A DNA stretch of 64,000 bases from Spirochaetia bacterium (GTDB taxonomy: Bacteria > Spirochaetota > Spirochaetia > DSM-2461). The position numbers and the translations under genes are program-made. A model generated the notes under the pieces. It did no database searches. It had not been told where the DNA came from and worked only from the letters and a program-made list of their open reading frames with translations. Of this stretch, positions 9,808 to 19,571 are shown in pieces (position 1 is the first letter of the stretch; each line of letters begins with the position of its first letter). The stretch covers positions 2,752,001 to 2,816,000 of the forward strand of contig OY764216.1 in NCBI GenBank assembly GCA_963668315.1. Direction: 5' to 3'.

Positions 9808-12240
9808 ATGGAAATATACAAAAATCCCGGGGAGCCCCTGGAAAAGAGAGTCAGTGATCTTCTGGGCCGTATGACACTGGAAGAGAAGGTCGCTCAGTTG
9901 AGCGCCTGTCTGCCGCAGATGCTTCTGAAAGGGGGAGAGGTCTCCGAAGAGCTGCTGATGCGGTATGCGGGTGAGGGGCTTGGTCGTATCCCCCAGTTTC
10001 CCATGCCCTTCCATAAGGATGCTTATCAGATAGGAAAAGCCTATAATGCGGTTCAGAAGTATGCCGTGGAAAAGACCCGGCTCGGTATACCCGTTATGGC
10101 GCAGGTGGAGTGTCTGAACGGCGTGGTGGCCGTGGATGCCACTGCTTTCCCGTCTCCTATTGCTTTAGCTTCCTCCTGGGAGCCGGAGGCAGTCCGCACC
10201 ATGGGGCATGTCATCGGGCGGCAGATGAGAGCCATGGTGAACGGCGCCAACGCCCTGGCTCCGGTGGTGGACCTGGCCCGGGATGCCCGATGGGGACGGG
10301 TTTATGAGACTTTCGGGGAGAGTTCCTATATGAATGCCCAGTTCGGAATGGCCATGGTCAGGGGGCTCCAGCATGACGGGGATCTGACCCGGGGAGTCCA
10401 GTCCTGCGCGAAGCATTTTCTAGGTTACAGCACGACCCAGGGCGGACTCAACAGCGCTCCCGTCATGGCCGGAACCCGGGAAATATACGAGGATTTCGGG
10501 AAACCCTTTGAAGCGATGATCAGAAAAGCATCCCTTCAGAGCATCATGTGCACCTACAGCGAAATCGACGGTAGGCCGGTGAGTTTCTCTCCCGAGATCC
10601 TCCGGGACCTCCTCAGGGGAAGAATGGGCTTCACCGGTTCTGCCATATGCGACGGCGGCTCCATTGAACGGGCCTGCTTTACCCAGCATGCCGCCGCTGA
10701 TCTAAAGGAAGCGGCCGTCCTGGCCCTCAAGGCGGGTCTTGATGCGGACGCCCCCCGGACGGAAGCTTTCATCTTTCTTCCCGAAGCGGTGAGGGAGGGT
10801 TTGGTCGAAGAGTCCTATGTGGATGAAGCCTGCGCCCGGGTTCTCAGACAGAAATTTCAGCTGGGGCTGTTTGAATCTCCCTATGTCGATACGGAGGCTT
10901 TAAAAACTACCATCAGCACGGAAGAGGACAGGGCTCTTTCTTTGGAGCTGAGCCGGAAGAGCCTCATCCTTCTTAAAAATGACAAAAATATCCTGCCCTT
11001 GAAGAAGGATGGGAAAACCCTGGCTGTCATCGGTCCCCACGGCGACAGCATCATCGATTTATTCGGGGGATACACCTTTCCCTCCATGCTGGAAGCCGTT
11101 ACAGACAAGGAAAGCGGCTTCAGCATGCTGGGAGTGAACGAAGCCCTGGCCGGTGTCGGCGGAGAACAGAAAGAAGGGGTTATTCCCCCCACGGCGGTAG
11201 ACGGCTACTGCCGGTCGAAATACGGAGTCATGAGCCTGGCCGGGGAGATGGAGAGGAGAGCCGGCGGAAAAGTCCTCTATGCGAAGGGCTGCCAAATCGA
11301 TGATGAGGATACTTCCCTGTTCGATGAAGCTCTCGGGACCGCGCAGGAATCGGATATAATCATCATGACCCTGGGAGGGAAGTCGGGGTGGACCAATAGG
11401 GCAACCAGCGGCGAGGGCCGGGACCGGACGAGCCTGGATCTCCCCGGAGTGCAGGAGGAGCTGTTCAAACGTGTGAAGGCCCTGGGAAAACCGGTGGTTC
11501 TCGTCCTTTTCCACGGGCGCCCCCTTTCCATCAACAGGGCGTCAGAGGAGGCGGATGCCATTCTGGATGTCTGGTTCCCCGGTCCTCACGGAGGGCAGGC
11601 TATCGCCGAGGCCCTGTTCGGTGAGATCAATCCGGGGGGCAAACTGCCCATCTCCATTCCCCGGTCCTCCGGCCAGTGCCCCCTCTATCACGACCATAAA
11701 TGGGGTGCCGGATACAGGCGGGACACGGGAGGCGCCATCGGTCTCGAGAAGCTATTCGGCGGGGGCTATACAGACATACCCAGCGATCCCCTCTACCATT
11801 TCGGCTACGGGCTGAGCTATACGGACTTTGCCTATCCCCGGGCGGAGATCTCCTCCGAGGAAGTACCCAGCGACGGTTCGGCGACTCTTACGGCGGTCGT
11901 GGAGAATATCGGCGATGTCACAGGCGACGAGGTTGTTCAGTTTTATATCCGTGACAGGGAGGCCCGGGTCACGAGGCCTGTCATGGAACTGGTCGGCTTC
12001 ACGCGCGTGACTCTTGCCCCCGGTGATAAATGCGAAGTCTCCCTGGAACTTTCCATGGCCCAGCTAGGCTTTCTCAATGAGGACCGGGAATTCGTCGTGG
12101 AACCGGGGAATATGGATATCATGGTCGGTTCCGCCTCAAACCGGATCCACCATACACTGCGCTTCGTCATAACCGGAGAGAAGAGAAACTTGGCCGGTAT
12201 CTGCGCCTATTCGTCCGTTCCGGCCGTGAAATACTTGTAG
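9808..12240 (+). CDS. Glycoside hydrolase family 3 (beta-glucosidase/xylosidase type)
   Basis: RMTLEEKVAQL, DLARDARWGRVYETFGE, AKHF, ILLKND, FGYGLSYT and C-terminal Fn3-like domain. Confidence 0.95.
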   Translation: MEIYKNPGEPLEKRVSDLLGRMTLEEKVAQLSACLPQMLLKGGEVSEELLMRYAGEGLGRIPQFPMPFHKDAYQIGKAYNAVQKYAVEKTRLGIPVMAQVECLNGVVAVDATAFPSPIALASSWEPEAVRTMGHVIGRQMRAMVNGANALAPVVDLARDARWGRVYETFGESSYMNAQFGMAMVRGLQHDGDLTRGVQSCAKHFLGYSTTQGGLNSAPVMAGTREIYEDFGKPFEAMIRKASLQSIMCTYSEIDGRPVSFSPEILRDLLRGRMGFTGSAICDGGSIERACFTQHAAADLKEAAVLALKAGLDADAPRTEAFIFLPEAVREGLVEESYVDEACARVLRQKFQLGLFESPYVDTEALKTTISTEEDRALSLELSRKSLILLKNDKNILPLKKDGKTLAVIGPHGDSIIDLFGGYTFPSMLEAVTDKESGFSMLGVNEALAGVGGEQKEGVIPPTAVDGYCRSKYGVMSLAGEMERRAGGKVLYAKGCQIDDEDTSLFDEALGTAQESDIIIMTLGGKSGWTNRATSGEGRDRTSLDLPGVQEELFKRVKALGKPVVLVLFHGRPLSINRASEEADAILDVWFPGPHGGQAIAEALFGEINPGGKLPISIPRSSGQCPLYHDHKWGAGYRRDTGGAIGLEKLFGGGYTDIPSDPLYHFGYGLSYTDFAYPRAEISSEEVPSDGSATLTAVVENIGDVTGDEVVQFYIRDREARVTRPVMELVGFTRVTLAPGDKCEVSLELSMAQLGFLNEDREFVVEPGNMDIMVGSASNRIHHTLRFVITGEKRNLAGICAYSSVPAVKYL

Positions 12241-12266
12241 AATTACAGAATAAAGGAGAATCCCCT

Positions 12267-13736
12267 ATGAAAATCGTCTATTTTGATCTGGATACGCTCA
12301 GGCCCGACCATCTCGGCTGTTACGGCTACCACAGGAACACATCGCCCCATATCGACGCCATCGCCTCGGAGGGGATCCGATTTAATAATTACTATGCCTC
12401 CGACGCACCCTGCCTTCCCTCCCGGGCGGCCATGATGTCCGGGCGGTTCGGCATTCATACGGGCGTTGTCAACCACAGCGGCACGGCGGCGGATATGAGA
12501 GCCCAGGGACCCGGTCGGGGCTTCCAGGACGAATTGGGCCATAACTCCCTCCCCGCGTTTTTGAACAGGGATCTGGGGCTTCATACCTGTTACATCGGCG
12601 GGTTCGGCGCCCGCCACTCCAGCTGGACTTTCTACGCGGGGTTCCGGGAGATCCACGATACGGGAATGGGGGGGATGGAATCGGCGGAGGATGTCACCCC
12701 CTACGTCATGGACTGGATAGACCGGAACAAGGGCAGGGAGGACTGGTACCTTCATATCAACTACTGGGATCCCCACACGCCCTACCGGGTGCCGGAAAAG
12801 TTCGGCAATCCCTTTGAACATGACCCGCTGCCCGAATGGTTCGATCAGGAACTTATCGACGAGCATATGAAGATGGGCGGTCCCCATACGATACAGGATA
12901 TCAGCATGTACGACGACGCGGTCAGGCCCGAATTTCCCCGCCAGCCCGGCCATGTTACCAATATGGAGGAGATGAGGGAGCTGATCGACGGTTACGACTG
13001 CGGCATCCGCTATATGGACGGGCATATAGGCAAAGTGCTGGAAGCCTTTGAAAAGCAGGGAATCAAGGATGATCTCGTTATTATTGTCAGCTCCGATCAC
13101 GGGGAGAATTTCGGTGAACTGGGCATGTATGCCGAGCACGGCACGGCGGACAACATCTGCCACCGCATTCCCATGATCATCCGCTGGCCGGGAAAAACCG
13201 CCGCCGGCGCCGTAGACAAAGGGCTCCATTATAATCTGGATTTTCTCCCCACCCTGGCCGAATTGACCGGACGGGATAGCCGGAGCAGCTGGGAAGGGGC
13301 CAGTTACGCCCCCTCCCTGACCAGGGGTGAGGACACGGGCCGGGACGAGCTTATCCTGGGGCAGTTCGCCCACGGCTGCCAAAGGAGTGTACGCTGGGAC
13401 AGATGGATCTATCTGCGGACCTGGCACGACGGATATCACCGCTTCGAGGGAGAAATGCTTTTCGATCTGGAGGAGGACCCCCACGAGCGGTTCAATCTGG
13501 CCGAATCCCGCCCCGATCTGGTGAAAACCGCAAGAGAGAAATACGAGGCCTGGCATACTGACATGATGGAGAGTATGCCCTTCGCCGACAAGAAGGATCC
13601 CATGGAGTATGTTATGAAGGAGCTCCCCTGCCACTGCCGGTACGATCTGGAGAAATACGCCCGCCGGCTGGAGGCAACAGGACGGGAAGAGGAGGCGGAA
13701 AGGCTCAGAAGGGAGTTCCCCGAACAGTTCTCCTGA
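12267..13736 (+). CDS. Formylglycine-dependent (Cys-type) sulfatase
   Basis: DTLRPDH, CLPSRAAMMSGR signature, WDPHTPY, SDHGE. Confidence 0.92.
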   Translation: MKIVYFDLDTLRPDHLGCYGYHRNTSPHIDAIASEGIRFNNYYASDAPCLPSRAAMMSGRFGIHTGVVNHSGTAADMRAQGPGRGFQDELGHNSLPAFLNRDLGLHTCYIGGFGARHSSWTFYAGFREIHDTGMGGMESAEDVTPYVMDWIDRNKGREDWYLHINYWDPHTPYRVPEKFGNPFEHDPLPEWFDQELIDEHMKMGGPHTIQDISMYDDAVRPEFPRQPGHVTNMEEMRELIDGYDCGIRYMDGHIGKVLEAFEKQGIKDDLVIIVSSDHGENFGELGMYAEHGTADNICHRIPMIIRWPGKTAAGAVDKGLHYNLDFLPTLAELTGRDSRSSWEGASYAPSLTRGEDTGRDELILGQFAHGCQRSVRWDRWIYLRTWHDGYHRFEGEMLFDLEEDPHERFNLAESRPDLVKTAREKYEAWHTDMMESMPFADKKDPMEYVMKELPCHCRYDLEKYARRLEATGREEEAERLRREFPEQFS

Positions 13737-13778
13737 GATTCCGTCCGCCCGGATCTCGGAAGAGGTGACGTCGTGATG

Positions 13779-13804
13779 GAGGGAGTCTCTTCCGAGACTC
13801 CCTC
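13779..13804 (+). terminator. Perfect 11-bp hairpin after the sulfatase (terminator or stabiliser)
   Basis: GAGGGAGTCTC-TTCC-GAGACTCCCTC; no clear U-tract. Confidence 0.5.
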
Positions 13805-13890
13805 ATGAAATCCTTTACAATATGGGGATATGCCCTTATCATTTTTACTGACCAAATCTTGTTTTAACCGGGATTCAGGTCGCCGGAGGC

Positions 13891-15123
13891 ATGGTATTGC
13901 TTGTTCCAAAATGGGGCCGCTATTATATGTTCCTGCTCATGGGCATCCTCTTTCTCTTTTTTCCCTATTATCTGCTTCAGGCTTTGCATGTTTCCAGAAA
14001 TCTTGTTGATTCTGAAATCCCCATATCCCGCCGAAACGGCCTCCTGGCTATTCTTTTTTCTCTTATCCTGGTCATGGTCAATAATATCCATCTCATCCTC
14101 CGCCTGTTTCTCAAAAAGGATTTTGAAAGAAAGAATGAGTGGCACTCCCTACCGTTTCTTTCGATTTTCCTGTTACTGATCTGTTCGGCCATAACTCCCT
14201 TCACCGACAGTTTCCCCTATGTCTGTCTCCTTAATATATTTCTGATTCTCTCCCTGGCATTTACCTTTTCCTTTTCCCTGATTCTCGGATCGGCCGTCGC
14301 CTTCTTTTTTATTCTTTTCGAGAAAGGCATGGACCACTCCTATCTTTTTCTGATCTGCTTTTATTTTCTTTTCATTCAAATCCGCTTTTTCATATTTGAG
14401 AAATCCTCCCAGGTGCTGTTTTCCTCCTTTGAAAAGGCCAAGTGGGCGGCCGCCGAGCTTTCCACCCTGACTCAGAGAATCACGAATTTCCGGGAAGTGG
14501 AAATGGCCAATGCCCGGGAAGCGGAACGGGTCCGCCTTTCCAGGGAGATCCATGATACGGTGGGGTATTCCCTCACGGCAATTCAGGTCCAGCTGAACGC
14601 GCTCCATGATCTGAAGGGAGAGGAACTCTATCATAAGGTGAGGGTGCTGGAGAATCTGACGCGGATGACTCTGCGCGAAACGCGGCTCATGGTTAAGGGG
14701 ATGCGAAAGGCCAGAACCGTCCCCAGGGTGAACGACTGGCTGGATGAGATCAATACGCTCATGAGAACCTTTTCCGGCTGTACCGGGCTGAGGATTAATT
14801 TATCCAGCGACGAGCCTATTTCCCTGCCGGGGAAGGAGGGGGAAATGCTCTATCACTGTATTCAGGAGGGGATTACCAATGCCTACCGTCACGGCAGCGC
14901 CAGTTACGTTTCCATCCATCTCAAGGTCAAGCGGGAGAAAAATCTGCTGCTGGTGAAGATTGCCGACAACGGTATCGGCTGCGATAACCCGGTCCCCGGT
15001 TCAGGGCTGACAGGAATGAGAGAACGGGTCGAGTCCCTGGGGGGATGCCTGATCGTTAACAACAGGGAGAAGATGTTTTCCCTCTACATAGATATCCCCT
15101 TTGAGGAGGAGAAAGCCCGATGA
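13891..15123 (+). CDS. Membrane sensor histidine kinase (HisKA_3/NarX type)
   Basis: Hydrophobic N-terminal half, ERVRLSREIHDTVG, QEGITNAYRH, DNGIG, GSGLTGMRER. Confidence 0.92.
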   Translation: MVLLVPKWGRYYMFLLMGILFLFFPYYLLQALHVSRNLVDSEIPISRRNGLLAILFSLILVMVNNIHLILRLFLKKDFERKNEWHSLPFLSIFLLLICSAITPFTDSFPYVCLLNIFLILSLAFTFSFSLILGSAVAFFFILFEKGMDHSYLFLICFYFLFIQIRFFIFEKSSQVLFSSFEKAKWAAAELSTLTQRITNFREVEMANAREAERVRLSREIHDTVGYSLTAIQVQLNALHDLKGEELYHKVRVLENLTRMTLRETRLMVKGMRKARTVPRVNDWLDEINTLMRTFSGCTGLRINLSSDEPISLPGKEGEMLYHCIQEGITNAYRHGSASYVSIHLKVKREKNLLLVKIADNGIGCDNPVPGSGLTGMRERVESLGGCLIVNNREKMFSLYIDIPFEEEKAR

Positions 15124-15806
15124 TTAATATTGTTATAGCCGATGACCATCCTATCTTTCTGGAGGGGATCTCCTCCGTCATTCAATCGAGATATAGGGAT
15201 ATTCATATCGTGGGAATGGGGGGAGACGGATATGAAGCGGTAGACGCCTATGTGCGGCACAGACCGGATGTCGTGCTTCTGGATATCCGCATGCCCCGGA
15301 AAAACGGCATCGAGGCGGCCAAGGAGATAAGGGCGATTGATCCCAAGGCGAAAATAATGATATTGACCACCTTTGACGAACAGCATCTGATTGAAGAGCT
15401 GTTCGCCTACGGCATCAACGGGTATGTCCTCAAGGAAACTCCCCTGGACGAGGTCGTCATGGATATACGCCTGGTCAACAGCGGCCAGACGGCCATGAAC
15501 AACCTCATTATGCAGAAGCTTTACAAAGGCCACGGCTCTGAGGAAGAGACGCGCTGCCAGTCGGGGGAGACGGGAGGGCTGAACTCCAACCAGTTAAGGA
15601 AGCATCCCCAGCTGAAGGAGCTGGGCGTAAGGGAAATCCAGATTTTCATGATGATGCTCAACGGGAAACAAAACCCCGAAATCGCCTGCGAGCTCAACTT
15701 GAGCGAAGGCACGGTAAGGAATTACGTGCATACAATTTATAACGCCCTGGACGTACATAAAAGGTCCGCGGTCATAATCTGGGCCATTGAGCAGGGCATT
15801 CTATGA
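15120..15806 (+). CDS. NarL/LuxR family response regulator
   Basis: IADDH, LLDIRMP receiver; LuxR HTH NPEIACELNLSEGTVRNY; ATGA overlap with the kinase. Confidence 0.93.
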   Translation: MINIVIADDHPIFLEGISSVIQSRYRDIHIVGMGGDGYEAVDAYVRHRPDVVLLDIRMPRKNGIEAAKEIRAIDPKAKIMILTTFDEQHLIEELFAYGINGYVLKETPLDEVVMDIRLVNSGQTAMNNLIMQKLYKGHGSEEETRCQSGETGGLNSNQLRKHPQLKELGVREIQIFMMMLNGKQNPEIACELNLSEGTVRNYVHTIYNALDVHKRSAVIIWAIEQGIL

Positions 15807-15830
15807 CAGATATATGACAAATCTATGACA
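15802..15830 (+). promoter_or_regulatory. Three TATGACA direct repeats with 11-bp period; candidate response-regulator sites
   Basis: TATGACA at 15802, 15813 and 15824, upstream of the ABC operon. Confidence 0.65.
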
Positions 15831-15914
15831 TACTCCCATGATGTTCGGTACTGTGCGGTCTGATCATTCCCTTTTACAATTTTCCTATCTTATTGAAGGA
15901 AAAGAGGGCCGGGA

Positions 15915-16862
15915 ATGTCAAATGCGCTGGAAGAATTCTCCAAAGAGAAAAAGAAATCAACCATACTCATTAAAAGTGTCAGGAAACACTGGCAGCTGTA
16001 TCTTCTGCTCCTGTTTCCCCTGGTATGGCTCGCGGTTTTCAAGTACGCCCCTATGTACGGAGCCCAGATCGCCTTTCGCAATTTTTCCGTAAAAAAGGGG
16101 ATCTGGGGCAGCCCCTGGGTCGGATTCACCCATTTTCAGCGTTTCTTCACCTCCCACCAGTTCTGGCGGCTCATCGGGAACACCCTGGGAATCAGCGTCT
16201 ATCAGCTTATTGTCACCTTTCCCTTTCCCATTATATTGGCCATCTCCCTGAATGAAGTTAAAAACCGCACCTTCAAGAAGACCATGCAGATGGTGACCTA
16301 CGCTCCCTATTTCATCTCCACGGTCGTTCTGGTTTCCATGATGATGCAGGTCCTTTCCCCCCATAACGGACTTATGGCCATGGTATACCGGCTCATGGAG
16401 AAGGACCCGGTCAATATCATGGGAGTCCCGGAATACTTCAAGTCACTTTATGTCTGGTCGAGCGCCTGGCAGTTCACCGGGTATACGGCCATCCTTTATC
16501 TGGCGGCCCTCTCTTCCATCGACCCCAGCCAGCACGAGGCAGCCATTATCGACGGGGCCATCAAGATCCAGAGAATCTGGTACATCGACATTCCCGGCAT
16601 CATGCCGACGGTGGTGATACTGCTCATCCTCAACGTGGGCCAGATCATGAATATCGGCTTCGAGAAGGTCTACCTCATGCAGAATCCCCTGAATATGCGT
16701 ACTTCCGACATCATAGCCACCTATGTCTACCGCATGGGGCTGGAGAGCGCCCAGTACAGCTTTTCCACGGCCGTGGGCATCTTCAATTCCGTAGTGAATC
16801 TGATTCTCCTCGTCTCGGTAAATAAAATCGCGACCAGGCTTTCCGGCAAAGGGCTTTGGTAG
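15915..16862 (+). CDS. ABC permease (LplB/YteP type)
   Basis: FKYAPMYGAQIAF, SPWVGF, EAAIIDGA, IGFEKVYLMQN. Confidence 0.92.
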   Translation: MSNALEEFSKEKKKSTILIKSVRKHWQLYLLLLFPLVWLAVFKYAPMYGAQIAFRNFSVKKGIWGSPWVGFTHFQRFFTSHQFWRLIGNTLGISVYQLIVTFPFPIILAISLNEVKNRTFKKTMQMVTYAPYFISTVVLVSMMMQVLSPHNGLMAMVYRLMEKDPVNIMGVPEYFKSLYVWSSAWQFTGYTAILYLAALSSIDPSQHEAAIIDGAIKIQRIWYIDIPGIMPTVVILLILNVGQIMNIGFEKVYLMQNPLNMRTSDIIATYVYRMGLESAQYSFSTAVGIFNSVVNLILLVSVNKIATRLSGKGLW

Positions 16863-16871
16863 GAGGAACCC

Positions 16872-17759
16872 ATGAATATTAGAGAAACCAGAAGCGACGT
16901 CATCTTCAACCATGTCAATACGACTCTCCTCATCCTGGGGTTCATCGTTATCGCCTATCCCCTGCTGTATATCGTCAGTTCTTCCTTCAGTTCCACCCAG
17001 GCTGTCATCTCGGGACAGGTCTGGCTTTTTCCCGTGGAACCCAGCCTGGACGGCTATAAAGCCATTTTCAAGCATGACGATGTGTGGTCGGGATATTTCA
17101 ACAGCTTTTTCTATGCCCTGTTCGGAACGATCATCAATATCAGCTTTACCATCGCCGCCGCCTATCCCCTGTCCCGGAAGAATCTGGTGGGGAAGGGCCC
17201 CATCATCGCCCTGTTTGTTTTCACCATGATCTTCAACGGCGGTCTGATTCCCTATTACATGGTCATAAGGAATGTGGGAATCCTCAATACCCGCTGGGCC
17301 ATGCTGCTTCCCCAGGCCATCCAGGTCTGGAATCTGATGATCGCCCTGACCTATTTCCGGCAGAACATACCCGAGGCCCTCTATGATGCGGCCGAGATTG
17401 ACGGTGCATCCGACCTCTATGTTCTGACCCGCATCGTGATTCCCCTTTCGGGCCCTATTATCGCCGTTCTGGTGCTCTTCTATGCCGTGTATCACTGGAA
17501 CAGTTATTTTGAAGCCATGATTTTCCTGAAGGAGGATCAGCTCTTTCCCCTGCAGATCATTCTCCGGAATATTCTCATCGAGAATCAGTTCGATCCCGAG
17601 ATGTTCCAGGATATCGAGCGTATCAAGAGAATGCAGGGGTTGAGGGATCTTCTTAAGTATTCTCTTATCATAGTGGCCAGCCTGCCCGTTTTGATTATCT
17701 ATCCCTTCGTACAGAAATATTTTATCCGCGGCGTTATGATAGGCGCCCTGAAGGGATGA
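16872..17759 (+). CDS. ABC permease (LplC/YtcP type)
   Basis: AYPLSRK, FNGGLIPYY, DAAEIDGAS, YPFVQKYFIRGVMIGALKG. Confidence 0.92.
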   Translation: MNIRETRSDVIFNHVNTTLLILGFIVIAYPLLYIVSSSFSSTQAVISGQVWLFPVEPSLDGYKAIFKHDDVWSGYFNSFFYALFGTIINISFTIAAAYPLSRKNLVGKGPIIALFVFTMIFNGGLIPYYMVIRNVGILNTRWAMLLPQAIQVWNLMIALTYFRQNIPEALYDAAEIDGASDLYVLTRIVIPLSGPIIAVLVLFYAVYHWNSYFEAMIFLKEDQLFPLQIILRNILIENQFDPEMFQDIERIKRMQGLRDLLKYSLIIVASLPVLIIYPFVQKYFIRGVMIGALKG

Positions 17760-17816
17760 TCCCCTGTTCGGATTCCAGCCGATTCGTAGAGTCGGAATAA
17801 AATAGGAGGAAGTTTA

Positions 17817-19496
17817 ATGAAAAAGATCGCTGTCGTGCTGATTCTTTGTCTGATGGGCGGCCTGTCCGTCTTCGGGAACGGGAAGGAGGAAGCCGGTTCG
17901 TCAAAGGGGTCGGTGGAAGTTAATCCCGCCGGAACCTTTCCCATTGTGGATGACAAGGTTACCCTGACTTTTTTCGCCCGGAAGAATTCCCAGGTCGAGG
18001 ATCTGGAGACGAATGAATTCACCAGGTATTACGAGGAGAAGACCAATATCCATATTAATTGGGAACTGGCCCCCGAGAATGCCTATCACGAGAAGAAAAA
18101 GCTGTCCATCGTATCGGGCGATTATCCCGACGTCTTCTTCGGAACGAATATGAATGAATCGGAACAGCTGCAGTACGGTGTGAACGACGGTGTTTTCATT
18201 CCCCTTAACGATCTGATTGACAAGTACGGTGTGGAAATAAAGAAAATGTTTGACGAGGTGGACTATATCAAACCCTCCATCACGGCGCCGGACGGCCATA
18301 TCTACGGACTTCCCCAGGTGAATGAATGCTACCACTGTATGTTCTCCCAGAAATTGTGGATAAACCGGTTCTGGCTGGAGAATCTGGGACTGGATATGCC
18401 CACCACGACCGATGAGTTCTATGAAGTCCTGAAAGCCTTCAAAGAGAAGGATCCCAACGGGAACGGCATCGCCGATGAAATCCCCCTCTCCGGTGCGGTG
18501 GATAACTGGCACACCAATATCGACGGTTTCATTATGAATGCCTTTACCTACAATAACTCCGAAGGTTTTACCTTCAGCCCCACCGATGCCAGGCTCATGG
18601 TGGATGCGAAAGGAAAGGTCTGGGCCCCCTATGTGACGGAAGAGTGGCGTGACGGCCTTCGCTATCTGAACAAGCTCTACCGGGAAGGACTGGTTGATCC
18701 CTCGGCCATGACCCAGCAGCAGACCGAGCTCCAGACCCTGGGCGAACATCCGGATGTACAGATTCTCGGCGCCGTCGCCTCCGGATGGTTCGGCGTTTTC
18801 ACCAGCCTGGAAGGGGAGAACATGAAGGCCTACGCCGCCCTGCCTCCCCTCAAAGGCCCCAAGGGATTCCAGGCCTCCGCCTATTATCCCTACTCCTTCA
18901 CCCACGGCGAGTTTGTTATCACCGACGCCTGTGAGAATCCCGCCGCCGCCCTGCGCTACGCCGACGACCTTTACAGTCTGGATAATGCCCTCCGCTATAT
19001 TGAAGCGGGACGTCCCGGCGTGGAGTGGCGCGATGCCGAACCGGGCGAACTGGACCTGGAAGGCAAGCAGGCCAAGTGGGCCCGCCTGGAAACAACCTAC
19101 AAGTACAACGAGATTCAGAATGTCCATTACTACCAGATGGGACCCAGCTGGCGTTCGGCCAATTACCGCCGCTCCTGGAGTTACGATCAGGATATGTACT
19201 CCTCCAACGGTTATGAAACCAGGCTTTTTGTCCAGAGCCAGACTTACGAGCCCTTCGCTCCTCCCTGGAATTTCATCTATCCCAAGGTGTTCCCCATCCC
19301 CGAGTACGTGGATGAGACATCCCAGCTGGTCACGGAAGTCAACGACTATCTGAACGAGACCATCGCCCGTTTCATATCCGGCGACATGGATGTGGAGCAG
19401 GACTGGGACAAATACCTGACGGAAATGGAAAGTGTCGGGCTGAGCCGTCTTATTGAACTCAAGCAGATGGCATACGACGCTCAGTACGGGGGCTGA
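17817..19496 (+). CDS. Extracellular solute-binding protein (LplA-like)
   Basis: Signal peptide, SGDYPDVF, KAFKEKDPNGNGIADEIP. Confidence 0.92.
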   Translation: MKKIAVVLILCLMGGLSVFGNGKEEAGSSKGSVEVNPAGTFPIVDDKVTLTFFARKNSQVEDLETNEFTRYYEEKTNIHINWELAPENAYHEKKKLSIVSGDYPDVFFGTNMNESEQLQYGVNDGVFIPLNDLIDKYGVEIKKMFDEVDYIKPSITAPDGHIYGLPQVNECYHCMFSQKLWINRFWLENLGLDMPTTTDEFYEVLKAFKEKDPNGNGIADEIPLSGAVDNWHTNIDGFIMNAFTYNNSEGFTFSPTDARLMVDAKGKVWAPYVTEEWRDGLRYLNKLYREGLVDPSAMTQQQTELQTLGEHPDVQILGAVASGWFGVFTSLEGENMKAYAALPPLKGPKGFQASAYYPYSFTHGEFVITDACENPAAALRYADDLYSLDNALRYIEAGRPGVEWRDAEPGELDLEGKQAKWARLETTYKYNEIQNVHYYQMGPSWRSANYRRSWSYDQDMYSSNGYETRLFVQSQTYEPFAPPWNFIYPKVFPIPEYVDETSQLVTEVNDYLNETIARFISGDMDVEQDWDKYLTEMESVGLSRLIELKQMAYDAQYGG

Positions 19497-19521
19497 TTCT
19501 TCTCTCCGGATTTTAGTTTGC

Positions 19522-19552
19522 AGAGCCGGTTCTTACGGGAGCCGGCTCTTTT
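19522..19552 (+). terminator. Stem-loop after the solute-binding protein gene
   Basis: AGAGCCGGTTCT-TACG-GGAGCCGGCTCT followed by TTT. Confidence 0.6.
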
Positions 19553-19571
19553 AGGGGAACGGGAGGTTTTT

